From NCBI GenBank assembly GCA_035453125.1, contig DAOTCN010000001.1, forward strand, positions 85,061 to 149,060: a stretch of 64,000 nucleotides of DNA, in the 5' to 3' direction. The notes under the pieces were generated by a model. That model was given only the letters and a program-made list of their open reading frames with translations. It was not told the DNA's origin and did no database searches. Source of the DNA: Minisyncoccota bacterium. Lineage in GTDB: Archaea; Nanobdellota; Nanobdellia; Pacearchaeales; GW2011-AR1. This document shows, one piece after another, positions 1 through 9,384 of this stretch; the first letter of the stretch is position 1; every line of letters begins with the position of its first letter. Both the position numbers and the translations under genes were made by a program.

Positions 1-2
1 TT

Positions 3-548
3 ATGAAGAAAAATCTTTCAATACAAAATATTGTTGCTACAGCTTCATTAGGAAAACCAGTTTCTTTGACAAAACTTGCTCGAACTCAAACTAATACTGA
101 ATATAACCCGGAACAATTCCCGGGACTTGTTTTAAGAATTAAAAAACCTAAATCTGCTGTTTTAGTTTTTTCTTCTGGAAATTTAGTTTGTACTGGAACA
201 AAATCAACTGTTCAAGTTAAAGAAGTTATTAATCAAGTAATTAAACAACTTGCAAAAATAGGTGTAAGAATTACAGATAAACCAAAAATTACTGTACAAA
301 ATATTGTTGCATCTGGAAGTATTGATCTAAAGTTAAACCTTAATTATCTTGCTTTAAACTTAGAAAATACTGAATATGAACCTGAACAATTCCCAGGTTT
401 AGTATATAAATTAATTGAACCAAATGCAACATTTTTATTGTTTAGTAATGGAAAACTTGTTTGTACAGGAACTAAAAATAAACAACAGCTTGATGAAAGC
501 ATGGTTATTCTTAATGCAAATATAAAGAAAGCACTTGCTGAAAAGTAA
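3..548 (+). CDS. tbp: TATA-box binding protein (two imperfect TBP repeats)
   Basis: 181 aa; internal duplication (..NPEQFPGLV..SGNLVCTG.. / ..EPEQFPGLV..NGKLVCTG..) typical of the archaeal TBP fold. Confidence 0.9.
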   Translation: MKKNLSIQNIVATASLGKPVSLTKLARTQTNTEYNPEQFPGLVLRIKKPKSAVLVFSSGNLVCTGTKSTVQVKEVINQVIKQLAKIGVRITDKPKITVQNIVASGSIDLKLNLNYLALNLENTEYEPEQFPGLVYKLIEPNATFLLFSNGKLVCTGTKNKQQLDESMVILNANIKKALAEK

Positions 549-627
549 TTTTTTGTCTTTCTGTAGTTGTACTTGCCTATTTTTATGTATATTTACTGAT
601 AGAAATTAATATAAATGAAGTGGGTTT

Positions 628-2655
628 TTGTTTGTTATGGATAAGTTAAAAATAGAGGAGATAATTGTTGAAGCTAAGAACTTCTTTGAATTTTACAATA
701 AAAAAGTAGGTGAAGCTATAAGATCTCCAGAAAGGGTTTTATTTATTAATTTTAATGATTTGTCTGGTTTTTCACCTCAACTTTCTGAGTATTTACTTGA
801 TAAACCTGAAGAATCATTATCAACACTTGAACTCGCTTTACAAGAAAAATGGCCTGAAAGTAATTTAAAAATTAGAATTAGTGATCTTCCAAAAGACAGT
901 TATGTAAAAATTAGAAATATAAGGTCTAAAAATTTAAGTAAATTTATTTGGATTGAGGGAATTGTAAGACAGGCAAGTGATGTTAGACCTCAAGTTGTTA
1001 GTGCAAGGTTTGAATGTCCTTCATGCGGAACAATTATTTCTGTTTTACAACTTGACAGAAAGTTTAAAGAACCAACAAGATGTTCTTGTGGTAGAAAAGG
1101 TTTTTTTAAACTTGTAAGTAAACAGATGGTTGATGCTCAAAGGATTGTACTTGAAGAAAGTCCTGATGCTCTTATTGGAGGTGAACAACCAAGAAGGATG
1201 AATGTTTTTCTTAAAGAAGATTTAGTTGAACCAAAAATGGAGGAGAGAACAACACCTGGAAGTAAAGTTAGAGTTTTAGGAATATTAAATGAAGTTCCTG
1301 TTCCATTACCAACTGGTGGAGTTACAACAAGATTTGATTTAGCTGTTGAAGCTAATAATGTTATTCCTCTTGAAGAAAATTATGAAGATTTAAAAATTTC
1401 TGAAGAAGATGAATTACAAATAAAAGAATTGTCAGTTGATCCAGCTATTTTTACAAAACTTACAGAAAGTATTGCACCAAGCATTTATGGACATAGTGAA
1501 GTTAAACAATCTTTGGTTTTACAATTGTTTGGAGGTGTTAAAAAACAAAAAGTTGATGGAACTGTAACAAGAGGTGACATTCATGTTTTGCTTGTTGGAG
1601 ATCCAGGAGTTGCTAAGTCAGTTATTTTAAAATTTATTTCTAAAGTTGCACCAAAAGGAAGATATGTTGTCGGTAAATCTGCTTCTGGTGCAGGACTTAC
1701 TGCAACGGTTGTTAGAGATGAATTTTTGAAAGGATGGAGTTTGGAAGCAGGAGCAATGGTCTTGTCACATAAAGGAACTGTGTGTATTGATGAAATTGAA
1801 AAGATGGATGAACAAGATAGAAGTTCCATGCATGAAGCGATGGAACAGCAATCAGTAACAATTTCTAAAGCAAATGTTCAAGCTAGCTTAAGGGCAGAAA
1901 CTACTGTTCTTGCTGCTGGAAATCCAAAATTTGGACGTTTTGATCCTTATCAAGCTATTGCTCAACAAGTAGATATTCAGCCAACATTATTGAATAGGTT
2001 TGATGTTATTTTTATGTTAAGAGATCTTCCAGATAAATCTAAAGATGAAGCAATTGCTTCGCATGTTCTTTCTGAATTTCAAGATGCTGGGTCTATGGGA
2101 CCAATTGAACCAGAGTTATTTAGAAAGTACATTGCTTATGCTAAACAAAGAGTTATTCCTAAACTTTCAGATGCTGCTGCAAATGAAATAAGAAATTTTT
2201 ATGTATCTTTGAGAAATGCTCCTACTCAATCTGATTCTCCGCTAAAACCAATTCCAATAACAGCAAGACAGTTAGAAGCATTAGTTAGATTAAGTGAAGC
2301 ATCTGCAAAATCTAGATTATCTCAAGTTGTTGAAAAAGAAGATGCAATTAGAGCAATTAATTTAATGAAGTTTTATCTTATGCAAGCCGGTTATGATTAT
2401 GAATCAAAAACTTTTGATATTGATAAAATTGTTTCAGGAGTCACTTCCTCAAAAAGGGCTAAGATCAATGAGGTTAGAGAAGCAATATTTAGATTAGAAT
2501 CAAGAATGGGAAAGATGATTCCTACTGAAGAACTTGAGAAAGAAATGGAAGGAAAAGTAACTCCTTTGGAACTTGAAGAAATTTTGAATAAACTTGCAGC
2601 ATCAAGTGATATTTTTCATCCACGAAGTGGTTATATCCAGAGATTGGGAAGTTGA
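628..2655 (+). CDS. mcm: MCM replicative helicase
   Basis: 675 aa; C4 zinc finger (CPSCG..CSCG), Walker A GDPGVAKS, Walker B/DExx CIDEIEKM, arginine finger SRFD; winged-helix C-terminus. Confidence 0.9.
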   Translation: MFVMDKLKIEEIIVEAKNFFEFYNKKVGEAIRSPERVLFINFNDLSGFSPQLSEYLLDKPEESLSTLELALQEKWPESNLKIRISDLPKDSYVKIRNIRSKNLSKFIWIEGIVRQASDVRPQVVSARFECPSCGTIISVLQLDRKFKEPTRCSCGRKGFFKLVSKQMVDAQRIVLEESPDALIGGEQPRRMNVFLKEDLVEPKMEERTTPGSKVRVLGILNEVPVPLPTGGVTTRFDLAVEANNVIPLEENYEDLKISEEDELQIKELSVDPAIFTKLTESIAPSIYGHSEVKQSLVLQLFGGVKKQKVDGTVTRGDIHVLLVGDPGVAKSVILKFISKVAPKGRYVVGKSASGAGLTATVVRDEFLKGWSLEAGAMVLSHKGTVCIDEIEKMDEQDRSSMHEAMEQQSVTISKANVQASLRAETTVLAAGNPKFGRFDPYQAIAQQVDIQPTLLNRFDVIFMLRDLPDKSKDEAIASHVLSEFQDAGSMGPIEPELFRKYIAYAKQRVIPKLSDAAANEIRNFYVSLRNAPTQSDSPLKPIPITARQLEALVRLSEASAKSRLSQVVEKEDAIRAINLMKFYLMQAGYDYESKTFDIDKIVSGVTSSKRAKINEVREAIFRLESRMGKMIPTEELEKEMEGKVTPLELEEILNKLAASSDIFHPRSGYIQRLGS

Positions 2656-2701
2656 GTTCTAAAAACAAAAAATATATAAACTATAGTTTAACTATAGTTA
2701 T

Positions 2702-2962
2702 ATGGTAACCACAATTCAGTTAAATGAAAATGTAAAAAAAGCTCTTGATAGACTGAAAAAAAACAAAGAAACTTATGAGGAAGTTATTTTAAGTCTAATG
2801 AAAGAAGCTCAAAGATCAAAGAGAGAAAAGGAAGAATTAATAATTGAAGGTTGTAAAGTAATGGCTGAAGATATGATTAAGATAAATAAAGAGTGGGAAA
2901 ATGTTGATTCGGATTTAGACTGGGAATGGAATAATAATCAAAATGAAACTTCCAAAAGTTAA
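2702..2962 (+). CDS. putative antitoxin (RHH/MazE-like) of a type II TA pair
   Basis: 86 aa; small charged protein; 20-nt overlap with the downstream MazF-like gene. Confidence 0.45.
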   Translation: MVTTIQLNENVKKALDRLKKNKETYEEVILSLMKEAQRSKREKEELIIEGCKVMAEDMIKINKEWENVDSDLDWEWNNNQNETSKS

Positions 2963-3335
2963 TTTGTTTAACAAAAAGAATAATCGAAATTTAGATATAA
3001 AGAAGGGTGATATTTTAATAGTTAATTTTGAACCAATCAAAGGAAGTGAACAAGGAAGAGTTAGGCCAGCATTGGTTATACAAAATAATTTATTGAATAA
3101 ATATAGCCCTTTAACAATTGTGGCACCAATAACTTCAAAAATTTATGAAAAAGAATATCCTACAAATGTTGTTATCTCTAAAGCTGATTCTTTATTGAAT
3201 AATGATTCAACTGTTTTAGTAAATCAAATGAGAACAATTGATAAACAGAGAATTTTAAAGAAGATTAGCAGTTTGAATAATTTTATTATGGATGAAGTTA
3301 ATTCAGCTATCAAAGTTTGTTTGAGTTTAGATTAG
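2943..3335 (+). CDS. mazF: MazF/PemK family endoribonuclease toxin
   Basis: 130 aa; GDILIVNFEPIKGSEQGRVRPALVIQNN...TIVAPITS matches the MazF/PemK core motifs. Confidence 0.75.
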   Translation: MKLPKVNLFNKKNNRNLDIKKGDILIVNFEPIKGSEQGRVRPALVIQNNLLNKYSPLTIVAPITSKIYEKEYPTNVVISKADSLLNNDSTVLVNQMRTIDKQRILKKISSLNNFIMDEVNSAIKVCLSLD

Positions 3336-3377
3336 TCTTACAATAATCTTTATAAGAGGAGTTTTTAGTGTATTTAT

Positions 3378-4289
3378 ATGGAAAGAAGATATGCTCTTGT
3401 TGTGAATCCAAAAGCAGGGACACGGAATATTGAAGAGAAAAAAGAAAAATTGAGACCTGCAATGGAAATTTTTAATGTTAATGAACTTTATGGTTTAGAT
3501 ACAAAATCACCAGAAGAATTTAGAAGTTGTGTTAGTGATTTAGCAAAAAGTGGAAAGGTTGATGTTCTTGGATTATGTGGTGGAGATGGGACTTCTAATG
3601 AGGGTATTAATTCTGATATTGGTGATAGTAATGTAGCATTTGCATTTTTACCTTTAGGAGCTGGAAATGCAATGCCACATAGTGTTGGATATAGTGCATT
3701 GAGTATTAAAAGATCTGCTGAAAGAATTGCAAAAGGGAGTGTTCACGAACTTGATTTAGTTTTATGCGATAACAATCTTAAGGCAATGTTTGCAAGTGTT
3801 GGTATTGATTCTTATATTTTAAGTAAAAGAGATGAATTGCAGAGAGAAGGGCATAATGGTTTTGTTGCATATGCAAAAGCTACATGGGATATTTACAGAA
3901 ATGGATATGAAAGATTAGATACAATTGTTCGTGTTGATAATGAAAAATTTGTAGTTCCAGATAATTTATTGATTATTGTAACAAAATTTCCGTGTTATGG
4001 TTATGGTTTGAATGTTGTTCCAAAAGCAGACATGACTGATGGAAACTTGCATCTTAATTGTGTTAGCGACAGAGGAATTGTAAATACTGCTTATGGTATT
4101 GCAACTGGTTTTAGGTATAGAATAAATCCTAAATTTGGAGGATGCAGGGTTGGAGAGTATAAATCTGGAAAAAGAGTTACGATAACTACACCTAAAGAAG
4201 TTCTTCTTGAAACAGATGGCACTGTTATAAGAGAAGGATGCGAGTTTGAATTTGAAGTTATTCCTCGAGGATTAAGACTAGTATATTAA
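3378..4289 (+). CDS. diacylglycerol-kinase catalytic domain lipid kinase (YegS/BmrU-like)
   Basis: 303 aa; VVNPKAG...GGDGT motif of the DAGK_cat fold. Confidence 0.55.
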   Translation: MERRYALVVNPKAGTRNIEEKKEKLRPAMEIFNVNELYGLDTKSPEEFRSCVSDLAKSGKVDVLGLCGGDGTSNEGINSDIGDSNVAFAFLPLGAGNAMPHSVGYSALSIKRSAERIAKGSVHELDLVLCDNNLKAMFASVGIDSYILSKRDELQREGHNGFVAYAKATWDIYRNGYERLDTIVRVDNEKFVVPDNLLIIVTKFPCYGYGLNVVPKADMTDGNLHLNCVSDRGIVNTAYGIATGFRYRINPKFGGCRVGEYKSGKRVTITTPKEVLLETDGTVIREGCEFEFEVIPRGLRLVY

Positions 4290-4365
4290 TATTATTTGTA
4301 TATTATTAATTAAATAAACACTTAAAAAGCTTAAAATTTATTGAATATTATAAACAAAGAGGAAA

Positions 4366-4974
4366 ATGGCTGATTTTAAAAGACAAACTGCTTACAAAAT
4401 AAGAATTGGAGATGTACTAAAAGGAAAACCAATTGTTGATAATGGAAGATTTATGTTTCTTGAACTTGGAGATAGAAAAATTTCAAGAGTTAATATTGTA
4501 GCAAATATTATTGATAAATATAATTCTGCTGAAAAGCAATATATTAGTTTTACAATTGATGATGCTTCTGGACAATTAAGAATAAAAGTTTTTGGAGATG
4601 ATGTTTTAAAGTTTTCTGAAATTTCTCAAGGAGATACAGTTATGGTAATTGGTTTGTTAAGAGTTTTTAATGAAGAGCTTTATATTACTCCTGAGATAAT
4701 AAAACCAAAAGATACAAGATACTTGTTAGTGAGAAAGTTGGAACTTGAAAAAGAAGCACCTAAAGTTATTGACAAGGAACAAATACTTGTGTTGGCTGAT
4801 CAAATTCTTGAAAAAATAAAACAAGCTGAGCCAGAAGGAATTTCTTATGAGAAGATAATCATGGAAATAAACTCCTCTTCTCCAGATTTGATAAATCAGG
4901 AAATAAAGAAAGCTCTTGAGCAAGGTATAGTTTATGAGCCTCGGCCAGGAATGTTAAGGTATTTGGGGAATTAA
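4366..4974 (+). CDS. OB-fold nucleic-acid-binding protein with C-terminal winged helix (RPA32/Stn1-like)
   Basis: 202 aa; OB-fold-like N-terminal region and wH-like C-terminus; immediately downstream of mcm. Confidence 0.4.
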   Translation: MADFKRQTAYKIRIGDVLKGKPIVDNGRFMFLELGDRKISRVNIVANIIDKYNSAEKQYISFTIDDASGQLRIKVFGDDVLKFSEISQGDTVMVIGLLRVFNEELYITPEIIKPKDTRYLLVRKLELEKEAPKVIDKEQILVLADQILEKIKQAEPEGISYEKIIMEINSSSPDLINQEIKKALEQGIVYEPRPGMLRYLGN

Positions 4975-4987
4975 AGTTAGTATTCTA

Positions 4988-5380
4988 TTGTACTTTGTGT
5001 TATTAGTTAGTAGTAACAAAACCGAAAGATTTAAAAAAAAGATTTTTGAAAATGATCTTGGTTCGGGAAATGGGGCTATTTTTTTAATAGAAGAAAACAA
5101 AGAAGCAATTGGATATATTTTTGTCCTTTTATTTATTCCTGGAATGGAAAAGTACAAAAAAGATTCTCCAGCATATATTAGTGATCTATATGTCAAGAAA
5201 AGTTTTAGAAAAAAAGGATTTGCAATAAAACTAATAAAAGAATCAGAAAAGTGGGCAAAGAGTAAAAATAAAAAAGAGATTATATTAGATGTTGAAACTT
5301 TTAATAATAAGGCACTTAATTTATATAAGAAAATAAAGTTTAAACCTATTTCATTCAAATTGAAAAAAGAGTTGAAATGA
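4988..5380 (+). CDS. GNAT family N-acetyltransferase
   Basis: 130 aa; acetyl-CoA binding motif region LYVKKSFRKKGFAIKLI. Confidence 0.5.
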   Translation: MYFVLLVSSNKTERFKKKIFENDLGSGNGAIFLIEENKEAIGYIFVLLFIPGMEKYKKDSPAYISDLYVKKSFRKKGFAIKLIKESEKWAKSKNKKEIILDVETFNNKALNLYKKIKFKPISFKLKKELK

Positions 5381-5466
5381 AAATAAGAGAAGCAACTGAG
5401 ATATAGGAAGATTTAAATATATCACTATTCTGATAATAGTTAACATTATTATGATAATATTATAAC

Positions 5467-5973
5467 ATGGCAGGCCTAATTTCAATTATAAAAGATGAGA
5501 AGATGAGAGTATTATTTGGTAAACGAGAGTTGGAGATAATTGAAAAACAACTTCTTGGAATTAATTTAACACAATCTGAGAAAACAAGACTTTCTAGAGA
5601 TATAAGAAAAAAATTTGAGATTATACAAGAATTAACTAAATTTTCAAGAGAGTTTAAACTTAAGAAAGGTTCTGAAATTAAATGGATAGTTAATGATACT
5701 AAAGATTTTATACTTAATAGCAATTATTTGCCTAAGATTAAAAAAATTTATTTATTTGGATCTACTGCAACAAATGAAAGAATTTTTCGTTCAGATATTG
5801 ATATTGCAGTTGAATTTAATGAGATTGATGTGAAAGAGGCAACAAAATTTAGAATTTATGTTGCTGGAAGGGTTAGTGATAAGGTTGACATTCAGGTTTA
5901 TAATACTCTTCCAGACAAAATTAAAAAAGAGATTGATAAAAATGGAAAGGTGATTTATGAAAGAAAGAATTAA
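5467..5973 (+). CDS. minimal nucleotidyltransferase (MNT) with N-terminal HTH-like extension
   Basis: 168 aa; GS..(9)..SDIDIAVEF NTase motif; N-terminal segment resembles a sigma-70 region-4-type HTH; no HEPN partner adjacent. Confidence 0.55.
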   Translation: MAGLISIIKDEKMRVLFGKRELEIIEKQLLGINLTQSEKTRLSRDIRKKFEIIQELTKFSREFKLKKGSEIKWIVNDTKDFILNSNYLPKIKKIYLFGSTATNERIFRSDIDIAVEFNEIDVKEATKFRIYVAGRVSDKVDIQVYNTLPDKIKKEIDKNGKVIYERKN

Positions 5974-5999
5974 TGATAAAATCGAAGAGATAAACTCAA

Positions 6000-6230
6000 C
6001 TAATCATGTGTATCTAAATTAAAGACAGCTCCGCTGTCTTTTAATGCGTCTGAGATTTTGTCGCCTAAGGCAAATATCTGCTCTTTTGTTGGCTGTTGTT
6101 TCCAGGTGTAAATGAAGTCAACTGGACCCATTTTTCCTTCAAAACCAAGCTTTTCCATTGCCCTTCCAACTTCAGAAGGCTTTTTGTTTTTAGCACCAAA
6201 GTATATTATTAAGTATGTTTTCCATGCCAT
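6000..6230 (-). CDS. hypothetical small protein
   Basis: 76 aa ORF between the two MNT paralogs; no recognisable motif. Confidence 0.3.
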   Translation of the reverse strand: MAWKTYLIIYFGAKNKKPSEVGRAMEKLGFEGKMGPVDFIYTWKQQPTKEQIFALGDKISDALKDSGAVFNLDTHD

Positions 6231-6371
6231 GAATTATACAGTATTTGGGGCTTTTTAAGAGTTGTGATTTGAGATGTTATATTGAGATTAGTATATTATC
6301 TCTGATTTGGAAAGATTTAAATATAACCTTAATTTAGGTTATTATAACCATTATAATGGTTATTTATAAAA

Positions 6372-6872
6372 ATGAACCTATTGCAGTTTATTAAGAAAAA
6401 TGAAAATACTCGGAAGATTTTTGGTGTTAGGGAACTAAAGATAATTGAAAAACAACTTCTTGGTATTAATTTAACTCAATCTGAAAAAAACCGACTTTCA
6501 AGAGATATAAGAAAAAAATTTGATTTTATTAAAGAAATCTCAAAATACAGTTATGCTCTTGATTTAAAAAAAGGAAGTGTTATTAAAGAAAGGATTGAGA
6601 AAGCTAAAGAATTGATACTAAGTGATAAACTTGAGAAGAAAATAAAAAAAATCTATCTATTTGGTTCATCTGTTAAAAATGAGAGAACATTTAGGTCCGA
6701 TATAGATATTGCAGTTGAATTTGATGAAATTGATAATCTTGAAGCTGGAAAATTTAGATTGCGTATTTTAGGGGAATTTGATAAAACAATCGATATTCAA
6801 GTTTTTAATGTTCTTCCAGATAAAATTAAAAATTCAATTATAAAAAATCATAAAGTGCTATATAAAAAATGA
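6372..6872 (+). CDS. minimal nucleotidyltransferase (MNT), paralog of 5467-5973
   Basis: 166 aa; same HTH-like N-terminus plus GS...SDIDIAVEF motif; 4-nt overlap with the downstream HEPN gene. Confidence 0.6.
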   Translation: MNLLQFIKKNENTRKIFGVRELKIIEKQLLGINLTQSEKNRLSRDIRKKFDFIKEISKYSYALDLKKGSVIKERIEKAKELILSDKLEKKIKKIYLFGSSVKNERTFRSDIDIAVEFDEIDNLEAGKFRLRILGEFDKTIDIQVFNVLPDKIKNSIIKNHKVLYKK

Positions 6873-7285
6873 ATAAAGAAAATAAAAAAGAGAGTAAGAT
6901 TTTAGAAATAGAATCTTATTTAGATAACTTGTCTTCATATATTCCTACTAGTTTGGATGAGTATATTTATGATAGTAAAACAAAAGATGCATGTGAACGT
7001 TGTTTTGAAAAGATTGTTGAAGCTATTATTGATTTAGCTTTTATTATAATTAAAGAAAGAAATCTGAGTATTCCTGAAGAAGAGGATCAAGTATTTGAGA
7101 TTTTATTGAATAATAGTATTATTTCTAATGATTTATATAAAAAATTGAAAGAGGCCAAAGGAATGAGGAACTTTATTGTTCACCAGTATACCAAGATAAA
7201 TGATGAACTTGTTTTTAATTCAATTAGTGAAGAATTAATTCCAGATGTTAGACTGTTTTTAGAATGCATCAATAAAATTGCTTAA
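6869..7285 (+). CDS. HEPN domain protein (partner of MNT, TA-like module)
   Basis: 138 aa; Rx4HxY motif (RNFIVHQY); translationally coupled to the MNT gene. Confidence 0.6.
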   Translation: MNKENKKESKILEIESYLDNLSSYIPTSLDEYIYDSKTKDACERCFEKIVEAIIDLAFIIIKERNLSIPEEEDQVFEILLNNSIISNDLYKKLKEAKGMRNFIVHQYTKINDELVFNSISEELIPDVRLFLECINKIA

Positions 7286-7320
7286 GAAAACTTTAAATCC
7301 GTATCATTTTATTCTAATTT

Positions 7321-8418
7321 ATGAAAGAAATTAAAATTCGGGGTAGAAAAATGCAGTTGCCTGCATTTTTGCCAGATGCAACTTTTGGAAAAATAAAAGG
7401 AATTGATGATTCAGAAGATTTAGTTAAGTGCAAACTTGATGGTTTGGTTGTTAACACTTATCATTTGTTTAAGGAAAATTTAATTCATGGAAATAAAGGA
7501 ATAAAGCAGAGTGGTGGAATTCATAATTTTATGAACTTAAATGATAAAATAATTATTTCTGATTCTGGTGGTTTTCAAGTTATGTCTATTATACATACTA
7601 ACTCAAAAAATGGGAAGATTAATGATGATGGAGCTGTTTTTTTACTTGATGGAAAAAAAGTTGAGTTAACACCTGAAAAATGCATTCAATTTCAACTAGA
7701 TATTGGGAGTGATATTGTTATGTGCTTAGATGATTGTACTTATCCAGATATGTCAAATGAAGAACAAGAAATAAGTGTTAAGAGAACAATTGATTGGGCG
7801 AAACGATGCAGAAAGGAATTTGATAAACTGACTAAAAATATAGAAGAGGGGGATAAACCATTTATTTTTGGGATTATTCAGGGAGGAAATAATTTAGAAT
7901 TAAGAAAAAAGTGTGCTGATAAGTTGATTGATATCGGATTTGATGGATATGCTTTTGGTGGATGGCCTGCTGAAGATGGAAAGTTTTTGCATAGTATCTT
8001 GAAATATACTTGTGAGTTAATGCCAGAAAATAAACTAAAGTATGCAATGGGTGTTGGTAAGCCAGAGGATATTTTTTATTGTGTAAGCATAGGCTATAAT
8101 ATGTTTGACTGTGTAATTCCTACACGAGAAGCAAGAAATAATAGACTTTATGCATTTAAGAAAAATATTTTTGGAAAAATGAAGAAGATAAAAGAGAGAA
8201 ATAACTTTTACGAATATGTTAGGATAAGGAATTCAAATTATATTGGAGATAAAAAACTAATTTCTAAGTTTTGTGATTGTGAATGCTGCACTAAATATTC
8301 TAGATCAGATATTTACAAATTGTTTAAAGAAAAGAATAGAGAAAGTGTTAGATTAGCAACAATGCATAATTTAAGGTTTTATAGCATGCTTATGGAAAGG
8401 CTGAGAAATATTTATTAA
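7321..8418 (+). CDS. tgt: tRNA-guanine transglycosylase, catalytic-domain-only form
   Basis: 365 aa; DSGGFQV active-site motif, zinc site CDCECC...H; no PUA domain. Confidence 0.8.
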   Translation: MKEIKIRGRKMQLPAFLPDATFGKIKGIDDSEDLVKCKLDGLVVNTYHLFKENLIHGNKGIKQSGGIHNFMNLNDKIIISDSGGFQVMSIIHTNSKNGKINDDGAVFLLDGKKVELTPEKCIQFQLDIGSDIVMCLDDCTYPDMSNEEQEISVKRTIDWAKRCRKEFDKLTKNIEEGDKPFIFGIIQGGNNLELRKKCADKLIDIGFDGYAFGGWPAEDGKFLHSILKYTCELMPENKLKYAMGVGKPEDIFYCVSIGYNMFDCVIPTREARNNRLYAFKKNIFGKMKKIKERNNFYEYVRIRNSNYIGDKKLISKFCDCECCTKYSRSDIYKLFKEKNRESVRLATMHNLRFYSMLMERLRNIY

Positions 8419-8439
8419 CTTACTCTAACTTAATATTTT

Positions 8440-8682
8440 ATGTATAAACAGAAGAGGAGAATTTCGTTTGCAATTGCAATACTTTTTGGTTTTGCAGGTA
8501 TGGTTATCTTTTTGAATTCAAACTTAGAAATTAATGGAAATGTAATTGCTGAAGGTTATAATTCGGATGTTTCTGGAAGTTTGTTTGGATTAGCTTTTGT
8601 TTTTATATCTTTATTAATAACTTTTTATGCAGTTCATTTAAAGAAAAAAGAAGTTAATTACCTTTTAAACAGAAAAAGATAA
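8440..8682 (+). CDS. small membrane protein
   Basis: 80 aa with two predicted TM helices. Confidence 0.3.
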   Translation: MYKQKRRISFAIAILFGFAGMVIFLNSNLEINGNVIAEGYNSDVSGSLFGLAFVFISLLITFYAVHLKKKEVNYLLNRKR

Positions 8683-8706
8683 ATAATAGTTTATCCTTAT
8701 TATTTT

Positions 8707-9354
8707 ATGGTTAAAAAGACCATAAAGAAGAAATTTGTTAAAAATATTAAAAAAGATTTTAGTATTAAGTTAGTTAAAATTGATTTTTTTGATAGTGATT
8801 TAAAAGAAAAATTTAAAATTGTAAAAAAAGAAAGACCTAATGAAAATCTTGAACAAGAAGTTAAAAATGATTTTCTTTTTAATGAAAAAGGTAAAGACAA
8901 TTTTATAATTAATACATCTAAAAAAGATTTTAATAATGAAATAATCAAATTAGAAGAAATAGATTTTAATGTAATGAATGATTTAATGAGTAATAAAAAA
9001 TATTCTTTTATTAACAATTCAGATTATGTTTCAGATAAGAATATTGATAATCATAATGAATCCGTTTATATAAATCTTCAAAATGAATTTAGGATTGATA
9101 GAATAAATTTTAATACAAATGTAGGTTTAAAAGATAAAATAATCAATTTTAATCAATTTTTTTGGATGCAAGATAAAATTGAAACTATGAATTTTGGAGA
9201 GAGAAATGTTAAAAAAGATTATATTATAATAATACAACCAGAAAATTATTTTAGATTAGATGAAGTTAAGGAGGATAGAAGGGAAAGAATTACAAGATGG
9301 GTAATATTATTTTTTGTGAATGTGATTTTAATAATCTTAAAAGATAATGTTTAA
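8707..9354 (+). CDS. hypothetical K/N-rich protein
   Basis: 215 aa low-complexity ORF with a C-terminal TM segment. Confidence 0.3.
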   Translation: MVKKTIKKKFVKNIKKDFSIKLVKIDFFDSDLKEKFKIVKKERPNENLEQEVKNDFLFNEKGKDNFIINTSKKDFNNEIIKLEEIDFNVMNDLMSNKKYSFINNSDYVSDKNIDNHNESVYINLQNEFRIDRINFNTNVGLKDKIINFNQFFWMQDKIETMNFGERNVKKDYIIIIQPENYFRLDEVKEDRRERITRWVILFFVNVILIILKDNV

Positions 9355-9384
9355 ATACATTTTAAACTTACTAAAAATATTAAA

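Noticed and set aside
1581-1829. 82-aa minus-strand ORF
   Set aside because: It lies entirely inside the mcm coding region in antisense; a composition artefact.
4726-5358. Minus-strand ORFs of 65 and 134 aa
   Set aside because: They are antisense to the OB-fold gene and the GNAT gene, with low-complexity hydrophobic translations typical of AT-rich antisense frames.
8700-9017. 105-aa minus-strand ORF
   Set aside because: Antisense overlap with the 8707-9354 ORF; low-complexity.
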